Positions 1-11,413 of a stretch of DNA of 29,625 nucleotides are shown here, piece by piece; the first letter of the stretch is position 1; the number at the start of each line of letters is the position of its first letter. A model generated the notes under the pieces. It saw only the letters and a list, made by a program, of their open reading frames with translations, was not told the origin of the DNA and made no database searches. The position numbers and the translations under genes are program-made. Origin of the DNA: Fonticula alba ATCC 38817 (taxonomy: Eukaryota; Protista; Nucleariida); assembly GCA_000388065.2 (NCBI GenBank), contig KB932207.1; one strand, written 5' to 3'.

Positions 1-79
1 CCCCCCCCCCCTCCCTCCCCGCCTTTGCCCTCTCCCGGCCCCCTGCCCAGACACTGACTGGCGCCCATGCCTGCCCCAG

Positions 80-229
80 TTCAAGGCGGCTTTCGGCTGC
101 TTCGTCTTCAGCCCCGAGGAGGAGAAGGGCGTCGACTGCGTCGCCCAGTTCCGCAGCATGCAGGAGTGCTTCTCTCGCCACTCGGAGTACTACTCCTCCG
201 GCAGCAAGGACGACGCCCCCAAGGAGTGA
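80..229 (+). CDS. MIA40: Mia40/CHCHD4 mitochondrial intermembrane-space oxidoreductase, terminal coding exon (5' part outside window)
   Basis: Follows a CTGAC branch site and CAG acceptor (77-79). Translates FKAAFGCFVFSPEEEKGVDCVAQFRSMQECFSRHSEYYSSGSKDDAPKE*, matching the C-terminal part of the Mia40 twin CX9C domain (F..AF.CF..S....KG.DC...F..MQ.CF..H). Confidence 0.92.
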   Translation, partial: FKAAFGCFVFSPEEEKGVDCVAQFRSMQECFSRHSEYYSSGSKDDAPKE

Positions 230-477
230 AGACCGCCCGCTCGATGGGATTGCGTGCGCGCCGCGCGCCCCATGGCCGGCTGCTGTCCTCCTCTCCCTTC
301 CCCCCCCGTCCCCCCCCCCCCCCCCTTCCTCCCCCCCTGGCCGCCTCACACACAGGCCCCCGCTGGCGGGACCCCCTTCAAATTAGACACGAGTCCCCCC
401 CCCCCCTCCCCTTCGCCGCTTCCCTGTGCCCTCTGCCCCTCCCTTCATACGAACGAAAGACGGTGGTGCACAACTCG

Positions 478-483
478 AATAAA
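478..483 (+). promoter_or_regulatory. Candidate polyadenylation signal (AATAAA) for MIA40
   Basis: AATAAA in otherwise GC-rich DNA about 250 nt after the MIA40 stop. Confidence 0.4.
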
Positions 484-1061
484 GCACCACTACTTAGATT
501 CAGGCTCCCTTCCTCCTTTTCCTCCCTCTCGCCGCCGCCGCATAGCCCCAAAGATGCTGCCTTCACCCGCCTCCCACACTCGCACGCGCACACGCACAGG
601 CGCCTTGGGCTCCAGTCCTTCGCCCTGCCTCAGACCCCCGGCGCACTCCTGGCTCCCTCCCCTCTCGGCCGGGAAACTCCGCCCATCGGAGCACACACCC
701 TTTCGCGGCCGCCTTCCTCCCCCGGCCACACGTCCCCCCGTCCCTCCGCCGGGGTCCCCCGCCCTGGTCGGAGAGGAGGGACAGCGCCCACAGCCAGGGG
801 CCCGATCCCAGGCCGGACACATGCCGATCGCAGATCCCGAGACGCGACACGTGACATATCGCATCGCTCCCCAATCTCGGACTAGTCTCCGCCCCCCTTT
901 TCCGTGCCGGCCTGCTGGGTGGCCTTATCGGGGAGCGGTGTGTGCGCACGAGGGATGAGCCCGAGAGATCGCATAGATCTCCCCCCCCCCCCCCCCGAAT
1001 CCTGTCCTCTTCCATCTTGCCGGCCGAGCCCCCTCTGTTTGGCCCTCCTGCCCCTGTTCCG

Positions 1062-2273
1062 ATGTTTTCCGCTGGCCGCTTTGGCGCGTCGGCCCTCCTG
1101 CCACTGCTGGCTGCTCGGCCCCCATCCCTGTCCCCGTGGCGCGTGGCCGCCTTCTTCACGGTTTCGGCTGTTCTCCGACATGCGGACGCCAATGCCGCGC
1201 TGATGCAGTTTGTTTCCGGCTGGTCGTCGGCCGATCTGGATGAGGTGAAGGCATTCAATGCGCGCGGGTTCGACGTCGACTCCATCCCCAAGAGTGCGCC
1301 TGCGCCGCTCCGTCCAGTCCACTTGCCCTTCGCGCTGCCTGACCGCGTGCTGACTGTTTCCTTCGGCCCCTCCCCTCCTCGCCCTTGCCCGCTCCATGGG
1401 GCACATGGGTGTGCTTTTGCCCTGCCCCCGGCCCGGCCCGGCTCCTCGACCCCGGCAGACGATCTCGTCGTCAAGTACATTCGCAGCCGCGGCCCTGGCG
1501 GGCAAAACGTCAACAAGGGTACGTGGGACCCCCCGTCCGATGTCTCCCCGGCCGGCCATATGCTGACACCGTCCTCCCCTCGCCCCTGCCCGCGCCCTCT
1601 TCTCCGGCTGTCCCTCTCTCGCTCTCTCGCTCGCGTTTTCTCTCTCTCTCGTCCCCTCTTCCGCTGGCATGGCATCACCCAGTCAATAGCAAGGCCGACG
1701 TGCGCATTGTCCTCGGCACGGTCGACTGGCTGCCTCGGTTTGTCATCGAGAACCTCAAACGCATGGTATGTGTGTGTGTGTGTGCATACACTTATCTACC
1801 CGCCTGCACGTGTCTTTTCGCTGATCTCCCTCCATCCTCGCCATTGGCCCTGCCGGTCGCCTGCCGTAGGAGCCCAATCGCATCAACTCGGCCGGCGAGT
1901 TTTTCGTCCAGTCAGACACCATGCGCACGCAGTCCGCCAACTACCAGGCATGCCTCGAGCGGATCGCCGAGATGATCAATGAGGCGGCCCGGTTGCCGGG
2001 CGAGACGTCCGATGAGCAGCGGAAAAAGGTCGATCAGCTGTACGTGCCCATCCAGTAGTCCCTTGGCATCGCATTCTCTCCCCCTCCCCCCCCTCCCCCT
2101 CCCTCGCTTGGCACTCCCAGCGGGTAGGTGTCCCTCGACCGAATACTCATGTGCTTCATCCCCCCGCTGCTTGCCCTGGCCAAAGGAAAAAGGCCCAAAA
2201 TGAGCGTCGCATCCAGGAGAAGAAGCGCCGTGCCTCGATCAAGAGCGCCCGGCGGCGCCGCGATGATGACTAA
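1062..2273 (+). CDS. ICT1: ICT1/ArfB(YaeJ)/Pth4-family peptidyl-tRNA hydrolase, mitochondrial, catalytic GGQ intact (array copy 1, ~210 aa)
   Basis: Exons 1062-1293, 1459-1518, 1683-1765, 1870-2039, 2186-2273 (633 nt, in frame). Presequence-like N-terminus [48 protein letters not shown] (RF-1 GGQ motif); RINSAGEFFVQSDTMRTQSANYQACLERI; basic tail KKAQNERRIQEKKRRASIKSARRRR typical of ArfB/ICT1. Confidence 0.93.
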
Positions 2274-2419
2274 CCCCTCCACTGTCAGGACCGGGACATG
2301 CACTCTTTGTCCATCTCTTGAGGCCGTGGTTTGGCCGTCACACCCGCAAAATAGAAAAGAGTCCTTTCCCTGTGAGAGGGGTCGCGTGGTGGCAAGTACA
2401 GGAACCCGAGTCGGAGGGC

Positions 2420-2451
<32 letters not shown>

Positions 2452-3139
2452 GGCGGGGATGTTGAGCTGGCCCTCCTCGCAAGATGCGGGCCATTCTGGT
2501 GATAGCTTCCAATAGCGTCACATTCTACGATATAAAAATGGCTCACATATAGCAGAAAAAGCAGCACGGTGGCCTTTTAGCAGATCCGGTCGCGTGACAG
2601 TCGCACAAACAGGCCGAGCCCCTTAATTGTCCTGGCCCATGGACATCTTAGCTGAATGATGCCTTTCGTGGGCCGTGTCGGGCGCATCTTCTCGATCGTA
2701 CGCGCCGCCCTTTCGCGCCTTGAGAACGGGGCCGGGCGGGGCTCGGCGAGGGGGGCGCCTCGTCCGATGTCGGGGGGCGGGTGCCGGCCCCGCGCGGCGC
2801 CGAATGGCACTGGCCAAATCCCCCCGGCAACCGTCCCGGGGGTGGTATCCCTTCGGGTTGGCTTGATGGGGAGGCCAACACATCCCTCGATGCGTTTTTT
2901 TTTCCACAGCCATGCCCGGGGTGTGTGCGGTGGGGCAAGTAGGGCGCGCGAAGTCCACACTCCTGGTGACTTGCTCTCGGGGGGATCCCCCACTTGCCAG
3001 GGCGCGCTGCTTGCCCCGAGGCACGCGGCTCGGGACTCCCCGCTGGCACACCGCCAGGTGGTGGCGATCCTCCCCCCCCCCCCCCCCTGCCCACGCTGTC
3101 TGCGTGTCGGCCCTGGCCCGCGCCTCCCATTTGGGGAAG

Positions 3140-4324
3140 ATGTGCCGGGCCCCGGGAGCGCGTGTGCCGATCACTTTGCACGTCAGTCGCCATTCAGCCA
3201 CTTGCTCTCGCCCTCGTTCACTCCCAGCATATGCCATGCCCCTGACAGCCGCCGGGCCGAACGCCTCGCTGGAGGAATTCGCCGCCGCCTGGCCTGAGTC
3301 CGAACTCCAGGCCGTTCGGGACTTTGTTGCTCGGGGGTTCTCCTCGTCCAAGATCCACAAAAGTGCTTCCCCCTCCCCTGGGACCTCTCTCTCTCTCTCT
3401 CTCCCCCTCTCTTTCCCTCTCTGCGTCTCTGCCTGTGCCTCTCTGCTTGTGCCTCTCGCCCTTCCTCCTGTTGCTCCTCAAGTAGCTCTCCCTGGCGTTG
3501 TGCTCATGTCCCTGACGTCTCTCGCAGGCTACCGCAAGATCACCTACTTGCCGGCCCCCCGAGCGACCGGGTCGCCGGGCAGGCCCCAGCGCGCTCCAAG
3601 CACGCCCCAACCGGTGCTCGAATCCGATCGCCCCCCTGGGCCGAACCCATGCAAGTTTGGCCCGGCCAATGGCACGTCCCACTGGCGCGCCCGGCCCTCT
3701 CCCGCTCCGCCCACCCGGCAACATCGCCTCCTTCCTAACCCCCTCCCCCCTGCCGAAGACAGACCAGACCATGGTTGAGGTTCGCATTCCCCTGGTCAAT
3801 GTCGATTGGTGCCCGGCCTATGTGTCGGAAAATATCCGACGTATGGTGCGTCTGATTGGCCTGAGGTGATGCGCTCTCGCGCGGCGCCTCCTCCGGGCTT
3901 CTTCCTGCTCCTGCTCCTCCTGCCAGTGTGACATCCAATAATGACGGCCCTTTCCCCATGCCGTGATGCCCGGTCAGGAGGCCGGCCGCGTGAATGCCGC
4001 GGGTGAGCTCGTCGTCCGGTCCTCCACCTTCGCCTTCCAATACCCGAACTATTTGGCGTGCCTGCGGCAAATCGACCAGTTGGTCCTGGCCGCGGCGGCG
4101 TTGCCCGCTCCGCCGGCCACTCCCCGCCAAGAGCGCGCCGCTGCCCTGTATGTCCCACACGCGCGACCGTCTTGACTCTTCTTTTCGCAGGTGACTCACC
4201 TTTTGCGCATGGCTATACCTCCCGGGTCCCCCCCCCCCCCCCCCCAAGGCGCGAGGCCTCCAATGAGAGCCGGATCCGAGGGAAGAAGCATCGTTCCGCG
4301 ACCAAGGACGCTCGCCGCAGCTGA
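3140..4324 (+). CDS. ICT1/ArfB-like paralog lacking GGQ (array copy 2, ~231 aa)
   Basis: Exons 3140(or 3236)-3362, 3528-3671, 3763-3845, 3978-4147, 4249-4324. Exons 3 and 4 are 83 and 170 nt as in copy 1. Motifs LEEFAAAWPESELQAVRDFVARGF; VEVRIPLVNVDWCPAYVSENIRRM; RVNAAGELVVRSS..FQYPNYLACLRQI; tail REASNESRIRGKKHRSATKDARRS*. Start codon and the intron-2 donor (GC model) are uncertain. Confidence 0.85.
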
Positions 4325-6060
4325 CGACACGCCCCGCTCAGGGCGGCGTTCCGTCTCCCCCCGGTCCCCGGCCGGCTTCCGACATCTCCTTGGGCCTCTC
4401 TCTCTCTCTCTCTCTCTCCCTCTCTCCTTCCCTTGGGGTAGTGCTGGCCATTCCTCACTGATGCTACTCAGGTGGCAAAAGGTCCACCTCCGGCGGGCAC
4501 ATCCCCTGCTGCGCCTGAGCATGGTGCAATGGTTGGCTGCTTGTTGCCGTGATTTGCCCTCTCTCCACATCCCCCATGCTCGAGGCCGACACAGCCATCG
4601 ACCCCCCGTTGAGTTCTTCATTTGTGCCCCCCCCCCCCCCCCCCCCCCTTGGCTGACTTTCGCCCCTTCGCGCGTCGGCTGTGGTGGCTTTCGGTCGTGC
4701 TGGCAGTCGCCGAAAGCCCCACGCCTGTATTGAGGTTACTTTGTCCTTCCTTTTTTTTTCTGCCCGCCCCCCTGCCCGAGACCGCTCTTTCATTTGTAGC
4801 CCGGATCTCCTGGCGTCAGAGCGACGGTCTGCCCTGTTGTGCATGCTTTCGGGGCAGGCTCTTCGCCGGGGCAGGCAGCCCGCTGGTCGGCCGGCCGACG
4901 TGCCGCCGCAACTGCCGCAAATCGTCCGGGTGCAAGTGGCTTCGGAAGGGCGTGTGGTCCTCGGTGGTGGATTTTCGCCCTGCTTCTATCCCCGGGAGAT
5001 GTCCGCTTGGGGCGATTCCCCCCCCCCCCCCCCCCCCCCCAACTTCCCACCACCGACCATGCCTCCCGTTCCTCTCTCCCCCTCCCTCCTATTTAGCTTG
5101 ACCTTCTTTTGTCGGAGGCCAGTCAACCGACTTCATTTTTGGGCGCCTGCTCCGCCTCTCTTCTCGCGTCCCGCTCGTTGCTTGCAGTTCCCTTCAAAGC
5201 AAGACCTGCCACGGCGGTTCGGCGTGCTTGTCGAGGGCACACCTTTGGGACATCAGGGAGACTTGGCGGCTTGGTGTTGGAACCACGCCATAGGGTCTCC
5301 ACCTCGCGGCAGCGCAAAAAATGGCCCCGCTCTTTCACAGGAGATTGTGCCGGCGCGCATCGTGCCTGGCCGGCTTCCCTGGCGTGATCGCCCCGGTCTT
5401 CCTCCCTCCCTCCCTCCCTCTCTCTCTCTCCCCATCCAGCCGCCGATGCCGGGATATTCACATCGGCCCTTGCGGGCTCGCGTGGAGAAAGATCCAGGCT
5501 GGGCATTCGGCCGGATCGCGCGATCTGGACGGCCAAGCGTCACTGGCAGTGCGGGGCCCAGCCCCCCGGCGGCTCCCGGGCAGCGCCGACGTCTGCCAAG
5601 GGCCGGCCGCCGCCTGCGAGTGGGTGATGCCCTTTCCGGTCCTGAGACTTCACTGAGTGCAGCCAAGGTTAAAATATACCCCATCCGCGTGCGCCAGCCT
5701 CGGAAGCATCCACCCGGGGGCTTGTTTAGCGCTTTTCTTTCCCCCTTCCCCTCGTTCTGTTTGTGGTTTATGTTTCTTGAGTTGGTCCAGCGGAAAGTCC
5801 CCCCCTTTCCCCGGATCTGCCGCTGACGGGGGCCGGGTACCGGCGCGCGGGCGTCCTCCTCGTGTCTTCCTCCCGGGCCAGGTGGCGACCCATTCCCGAT
5901 CGGGGGCACTTCGCTGCCGGTTCGGGTGGCGACGATCCTGAAGGGCCACGGGCCCTCTGGGGGAAGCCCTGTCTTGCTAAGAGCATTCAAGGCGTGTCCG
6001 GGCGCCTGGGCGGAAAAGAGCCGAGCAGCCGAGTTGCTTGACGTGGCTCTTCTTCCTCAG

Positions 6061-6164
6061 GTACTTCCTCGGTTGCGCCTTCGTGGCGAGGCCCACCCCC
6101 CGTGTATGCTTTCGACCGGGGCTGCGGATACGCGCTCAGGATCCTGTGCTGACTCCATCCACAG
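6061..6164 (+). other. Strong intron-like element in an unassigned + strand region
   Basis: CAG|GTACTT donor, GCTGAC branch (6148-6153), ACAG acceptor. Followed by a 103-nt exon-like segment ending CAG|GTGAG at 6268. No identifiable protein. Confidence 0.5.
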
Positions 6165-6342
6165 GCCTGCTAGACGCCGATGATGGCGGATCAAGCGGTG
6201 TCCACCTGTTGGACTTCCCTCGACCAACCGACTTCAGGGCGGCGGGGCGCTTTCCTGCATTTGGCAGGTGAGCCAACGGGCAGGTTTCGTTTTTCCTCCA
6301 GCCCTGCCAGCCCGATCAACCTATTTCCCTCCCGTCCGCCCT

Positions 6343-6381
<39 letters not shown>

Positions 6382-7269
6382 CGTATGCGTGCTGCCACTC
6401 TCGTTCACACCAGCGCTTGTCAGACAGTCCTAGTGTGGATGCCTGACTCCCGGAGCCTGTGCTCGCCAGCACGCGAAGGGGGCTCGGCCCGTCCCACCGG
6501 CCTTCTGCCCCCAGTGCCGAAGGGCTCCAGCAGACAGGCATACATGTGTGTATCTGTGTGCCTGTCTCTCTCTCTCTCTATCTCTCTCTCTCTCTGTGTG
6601 TGTGTGAGCTACATATCACTGGTGTGCGGTCCCAGGCCGGCTCGCTTTCTGTCCAGCGTGTATGCGCGTGCAGCCAGTATCGACCAGTATCCAGGCCCAA
6701 GAGGGGCGATAGCTTTGGAGAAACGGCGCTGCCACGTTGCATCCGGCGGATCTTCCGGCACAGGTGGGCAGGGGCTCTTGGCCTTTTCGATGCACACGAA
6801 GCAGGCAACAAAACAACAGCAACAATCGTCCCAGACATAGCCTTGGCAGAGACAACCAACAAGCTCCCTGCCAAGAACCACCAAGCATGCGGCTGCTCCC
6901 GAGGGCGCCCCCAACCCGACATCCCGGGTCGTTCGCCAGACGCAGCTACCAACGCTCTGAACACAGACGGCGCGCATCGCCGCCCCGCTTCTTTTCAGGG
7001 CAGTGGGCGTCTCTGCCCCCCCCCCCCCCCCCACGGGACGGTACCTCGATCGTGAACATGGGCCTGTGCGCGATCAAGGCATCCCCCCCCGTGTGCGATC
7101 CGGCTTCCTGCGCCGCATGGAGGCGGGCCGCCCGTCCCCCGCGCGATATGCTCGGTGCGCCGGGGGAATCCGGCCCGGGCGCGGTGGCCACGCCACGCGC
7201 TTCATCTATGGCCGCGATCTGCGTGTATGTCCGTGCATTGTGCGTGCATTGTGCGTGTGTGTGTGTGTG

Positions 7270-7356
7270 TCTCTCTCTCTCTCTCTCTCTCTCTCGCTCT
7301 CTCTCTCGCTCTCTCTCGCTCTCTCGCTCTCTCTCGCTCTCTCTCCCTCTCTCTCC
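7270..7356 (+). repeat. (CT)n / (CTCTCTCG)-type microsatellite adjoining a (GT)n run
   Basis: Directly visible imperfect dinucleotide repeat. Confidence 0.9.
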
Positions 7357-9000
7357 TCGGCCGGGTTGTGAGTGATTGTGCAGCGGTGGCAGGGGCCTCC
7401 AGGGGTCTCCTGGCCGCGCGTGCTTGGCAGGCCGCCTTGCCCTTGTTGGTGTTTTCTGATCTCGCGCGGGCGTCCCTGCCCCCACTGCCTGGTCGGGGCC
7501 GTTCTTCTGCCTGTGGCGGCCGGCCCTGGCTGCGGGCCCACCCCCTGGCGGGGGTCTTTTCCTCGACCCTCCAAGGTCGGCTGTCCTGCTCCGACAACCA
7601 GCTGTCGCGGGATCCGAGGTGGGCATCGCTGCCAGGCGGGCCGTCGATACACTGGCCGCCACCGGTCCTCACGAAGCTCCTTCTCTCCGTCGTGCGTTTC
7701 CCTGGTGCCGGCCCTTGCCCGATCCCTCGCCTCTCTGCCATGTCCGGCGAATCACCGACACCCGTGCGCTTCCTTCTGTTCTCCCCTTCGTGGAGTGTCC
7801 CTTTTTTCCTTTTTGGCGACCCCCCCCCCCCCCCCCCGCCCTTCGCGTCCGATGTCGCCCTGGGAGTTCCGCACAGGGATCCTCTCTCTGTTCAAGCTCG
7901 CAACGTGTGGCTCTGGCTGGGCGAAGGCCGCGCGCTTACTCCCGCCCACTTGTGTGCCCCCCTGTAAATGGACGTCCAGACACATGGCCACGCGGGTGCA
8001 CTGACCGGCCGTTCCTACCCCCCTCGGCTCGAGTTTGGCAGAGGCCGAAAGGTGCCCCAACATCCGCACGGCACACCGGGTCCCGAGGGTCGTGCTGCAC
8101 CATCCTCCAGCGAGTGACGCCTCGTCCTCCGAACTTGCCAGGACGCATGTCCCACCTGGTCTGTGATTGATCCATGGGCGGGGCGCGTCCGGCGCGCCGT
8201 AGGATCAATCTAGTGGGCGCACATGGTGTCTTGCCTGTTGCTTCCCTCTTGCCAAGCACCAGCCTCGTGGCAGGAATGCCGGAAATCCGGCAGCCTAACC
8301 GCAGGACAGTGGCCCTCCTAGGGCCGCCGCTCGCGTCCAGCCCCAGTCGACCTGATGTCCTGTGGCCGCCACCCACAGGACTGCCGCCATGTCGATTGTG
8401 CATCGGGCGTTGCCCTTGCCACCCGGGATGTGGCAGTCCTTTGGGGGTGGCGGCCAGCGGGGAAGCACCACCTTCGGCGCCCCCGTCACAGGGGCCTGGC
8501 GCCTAAGAGAGAGAGAGAGAGCCTGGATGCGCTTTTTTTCTGCCCGGCCGGAGACGACAAAATGCAGCACACACACGGCCTCTTTTTCTTTGCCAGACCC
8601 GGGGTGGCCGCGGTGGTGGCAGTGGCGGCGAGGGGGGGGGGGGGGGGAGCATGGTCGGCGGGCGGCCAGGTCTCATGGGTCCGAATGGAGGCGCGGGACA
8701 GCATCCAGGCACATCCGGCGGCTGGTGCTCCTGCGAGACAGCCAACTCGTCATGAGACTTTGCACTCGCCACCCACGGGGCGGGCGGTCGATTGCGCGAT
8801 CACCTTCCGGCGGACAGGCCGCATGCGTGCGCATCTGCGCGCGCAAAGGCCAAACGGGCCAGGCTCGCGCAATCCGACGCCCGCCCAGACGGCCGCGCCC
8901 TCGGCTGTTCCCTCCGCCTCCGACCCCCCTGCCGCTGGCACAATATCCCCCCGTGGTCGCCGGGCCGCCTCCCTCCCTCGTTCTCGCGACGGATGTGTGG

Positions 9001-9002
<2 letters not shown>

Positions 9003-9074
<72 letters not shown>
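9003..9074 (+). repeat. (GT)n microsatellite, about 36 units
   Basis: Directly visible perfect repeat. Confidence 0.95.
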
Positions 9075-9076
<2 letters not shown>

Positions 9077-9172
9077 TTTCTGGGCGCATGCTTGATCCCC
9101 GAAACAGGGTTCGCTGTCTATGTCCGCCGGTGCTCCCTCCCACTACCGAATCACTGTCCCCCCCCCCCCCCC

Positions 9173-9182
9173 NNNNNNNNNN
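9173..9182. other. Assembly gap (N run) inside a C homopolymer
   Basis: 10 Ns flanked by C runs. Confidence 0.95.
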
Positions 9183-9275
9183 CCCCCCCCCCCCCCGCTC
9201 TCACCTCCCGTCTGCCTGCCTTTCCTCCTTTTCCCTCGTGACTACGCACTTTCGGTTGATTGGTGCCCTCCGAGC

Positions 9276-10529
9276 ATGGCCAAAGCCATTGGACGTCGTG
9301 TTCCTGCGCAGCCCGCGGCAGCCGGTCGCCTGGCCCCTGGCCTCCAGGCCGGCAAAGAGCTCCTGCCCTCCGAGACACTTTGGTCGGAGGCCGATCTTGA
9401 GGACGCGCGGCAGTTTGATGTCGACAATTTGAGGATCCTCTTCGCGTTCGAGTGTGCGTCGAGTGCCCTTCCAGCCGGCTGCCCGCGGCCTTCTGGCGCT
9501 TTTCCGGCTCCCCGCCCCTCCGCCGGGCCCTGCTCTGACATGTGTTTGCGGCATTTCCCTTGCCCTTTGTCGCATCTACAAGACTACTTCAAGGTCAGGT
9601 ACTTCCCCGGGCGCATGCCCGATGTGGAGCAGACACGCTTCGGCCCGCGTGGAAAATCGGTCCCCAGACGTGCGTCCGCATGCCGGCTGCCTGGGTCCCC
9701 GGGCTTCTCTGCTTTCGCCTGGCCCTCCCGCCGCCGGGACCCCCTCCTCCCGGCCCTTGCCCCTGTGTCCGACTCTCACCCATGCCCTCGCGTCCGCATG
9801 TTGCTGGGGTTTTTTTTTTCTTTCTCTTCCTTCCCGTCCGAGTAGATTACACCAAAGTCGAGGTGCGCCTGCCGCTGGATGTGGGCCCCCGGCTGCCGAA
9901 GTATGTCCGGCACAACCTCCAGCACATGGTACGGCGCGGTGCTTGCTCCTCCCGGTGGCTGGCACACGGCTCACAGGTCATGCTCTTCTTTTGTTGCCTT
10001 TCTTTTTCTTGCTCTGACTGTTGTGCTTCCCCCTCCCAGGCAGCCGGCCGGCTCAATGAGCATGGTGAGGTGGTCTTCCGATCGGACGCCTTCATGTTGC
10101 AGTATTCCAACTATGAGGCGTGTGTACGGCAGTTTGAGCTTCTCCTCCGTGCGGCGGCCGCCCTGCCTGGGCCGGCTCCCACCCCCCGGCAGGAGAGGAT
10201 CATCGCCCTGTGCGGACTCCCTTTGAGGGCTCCATTCCATGCATGCATTTCATCGCCAGGCCTCTCTTCCTCCGGCGACACTAACCCCCGTCTGATGCTC
10301 GGCCTCCGTTCTTGGTCTCTGCGGGTTTCCCCTTCGCCGCCGCCACGCACTCCTGCCTGCCTGCCTGCCTGCCTGCCTGTCTCCGCCTCGCACTCTCTCT
10401 TCGCCCCTCCGCACGGGAACGGCTTGTCCTCGCGCGCGCGATAGGGCTCGCGACTACAATGAGCGCCGGCTGAGTGAGAAGCGCCGCCGGTCAGAGATCA
10501 AAGAATCCCGCCAGATGCTCGTCGAGTGA
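9276..10529 (+). CDS. ICT1/ArfB-like paralog lacking GGQ (array copy 3, ~200 aa)
   Basis: Exons 9276-9453, 9583-9669, 9846-9928 (83 nt), 10040-10209 (170 nt), 10445-10529 (603 nt in frame). LWSEADLEDARQF; YFKVRYFPGR...RFGPRGKSVPR; TKVEVRLPLDVGPRLPKYVRHNLQHM; RLNEHGEVVFRSD..LQYSNYEACVRQF; tail ARDYNERRLSEKRRRSEIKESRQMLVE*. Confidence 0.88.
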
Positions 10530-10705
10530 CGGGCCATCATCGGGATCTTCCCTGCCCACACTGTCTATGCGGTCTGGATCAATAACAGAAAGTACCCTAC
10601 CACTGAGGCCGACTGCTTTGGGTCCAGTTGAAGGGGTCACATCCGGAGAGTCGGCAAGGGGCTCGGGCAGGGGATGGGAGGGGGGGGGGGCGGGGCGGGG
10701 CGGGG

Positions 10706-10870
<165 letters not shown>

Positions 10871-11413
10871 CGGGAGGGGCGGTTGTGTCGTCACATCTGG
10901 AGCGGGCCCGCAAGACACCCGGGATGAGCAGGGGCTGAGAGGTGCCTATGGCAGCCGGGCCGGGCTGCGTCACGCCCTCCCCCGCACGGAGGCCATGCCG
11001 CCACGCCACTACACCCGCGGGAGCATCGGTCCCCCGAGCCAGGGCAGCCTTGGCGCCCGGTGAGTTGCACCCATGCGCAGTTGGCGCAACACCAGCGCAA
11101 CACGGGTGAGGGGGGCTCTCGCCCTTCAAGGTGGTCGCATGGATGTGTCCCTGCCCGACGTGAGGCAGCCACCACAGGCTGCTGGCCGGCGACATATCCC
11201 CCCTTTTTAAGGGGCGTTGGTCAGGCAGCCCCACCGGCATGGATGGCCATAGCCGACTGACTGGCACCTCGCGCGTGCCCTTTCCTATCCTACTCCCTCT
11301 CTCTCTCTCTCTCTCTCTCTTTCCCTCTGTCTCTTCACTTGGCTGACTCAGCCTCCTTTTGTCGGTCTGCCTCGGAGTTCTTCCTTCCCCCCCTCTCCCT
11401 CCCCCCCGGCCAA

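Noticed and set aside
80-2273. MIA40 next to ICT1 as a mitochondrial gene cluster
   Set aside because: Two adjacent mitochondrial genes are unremarkable without co-regulation data.
8425-8480. WQSFGGGGQRGS contains GGQ, a possible seventh release-factor copy
   Set aside because: No surrounding RF-1 context (no Y..S.GP, NVNK or downstream VR..W.P exon); expected by chance in G-rich DNA.
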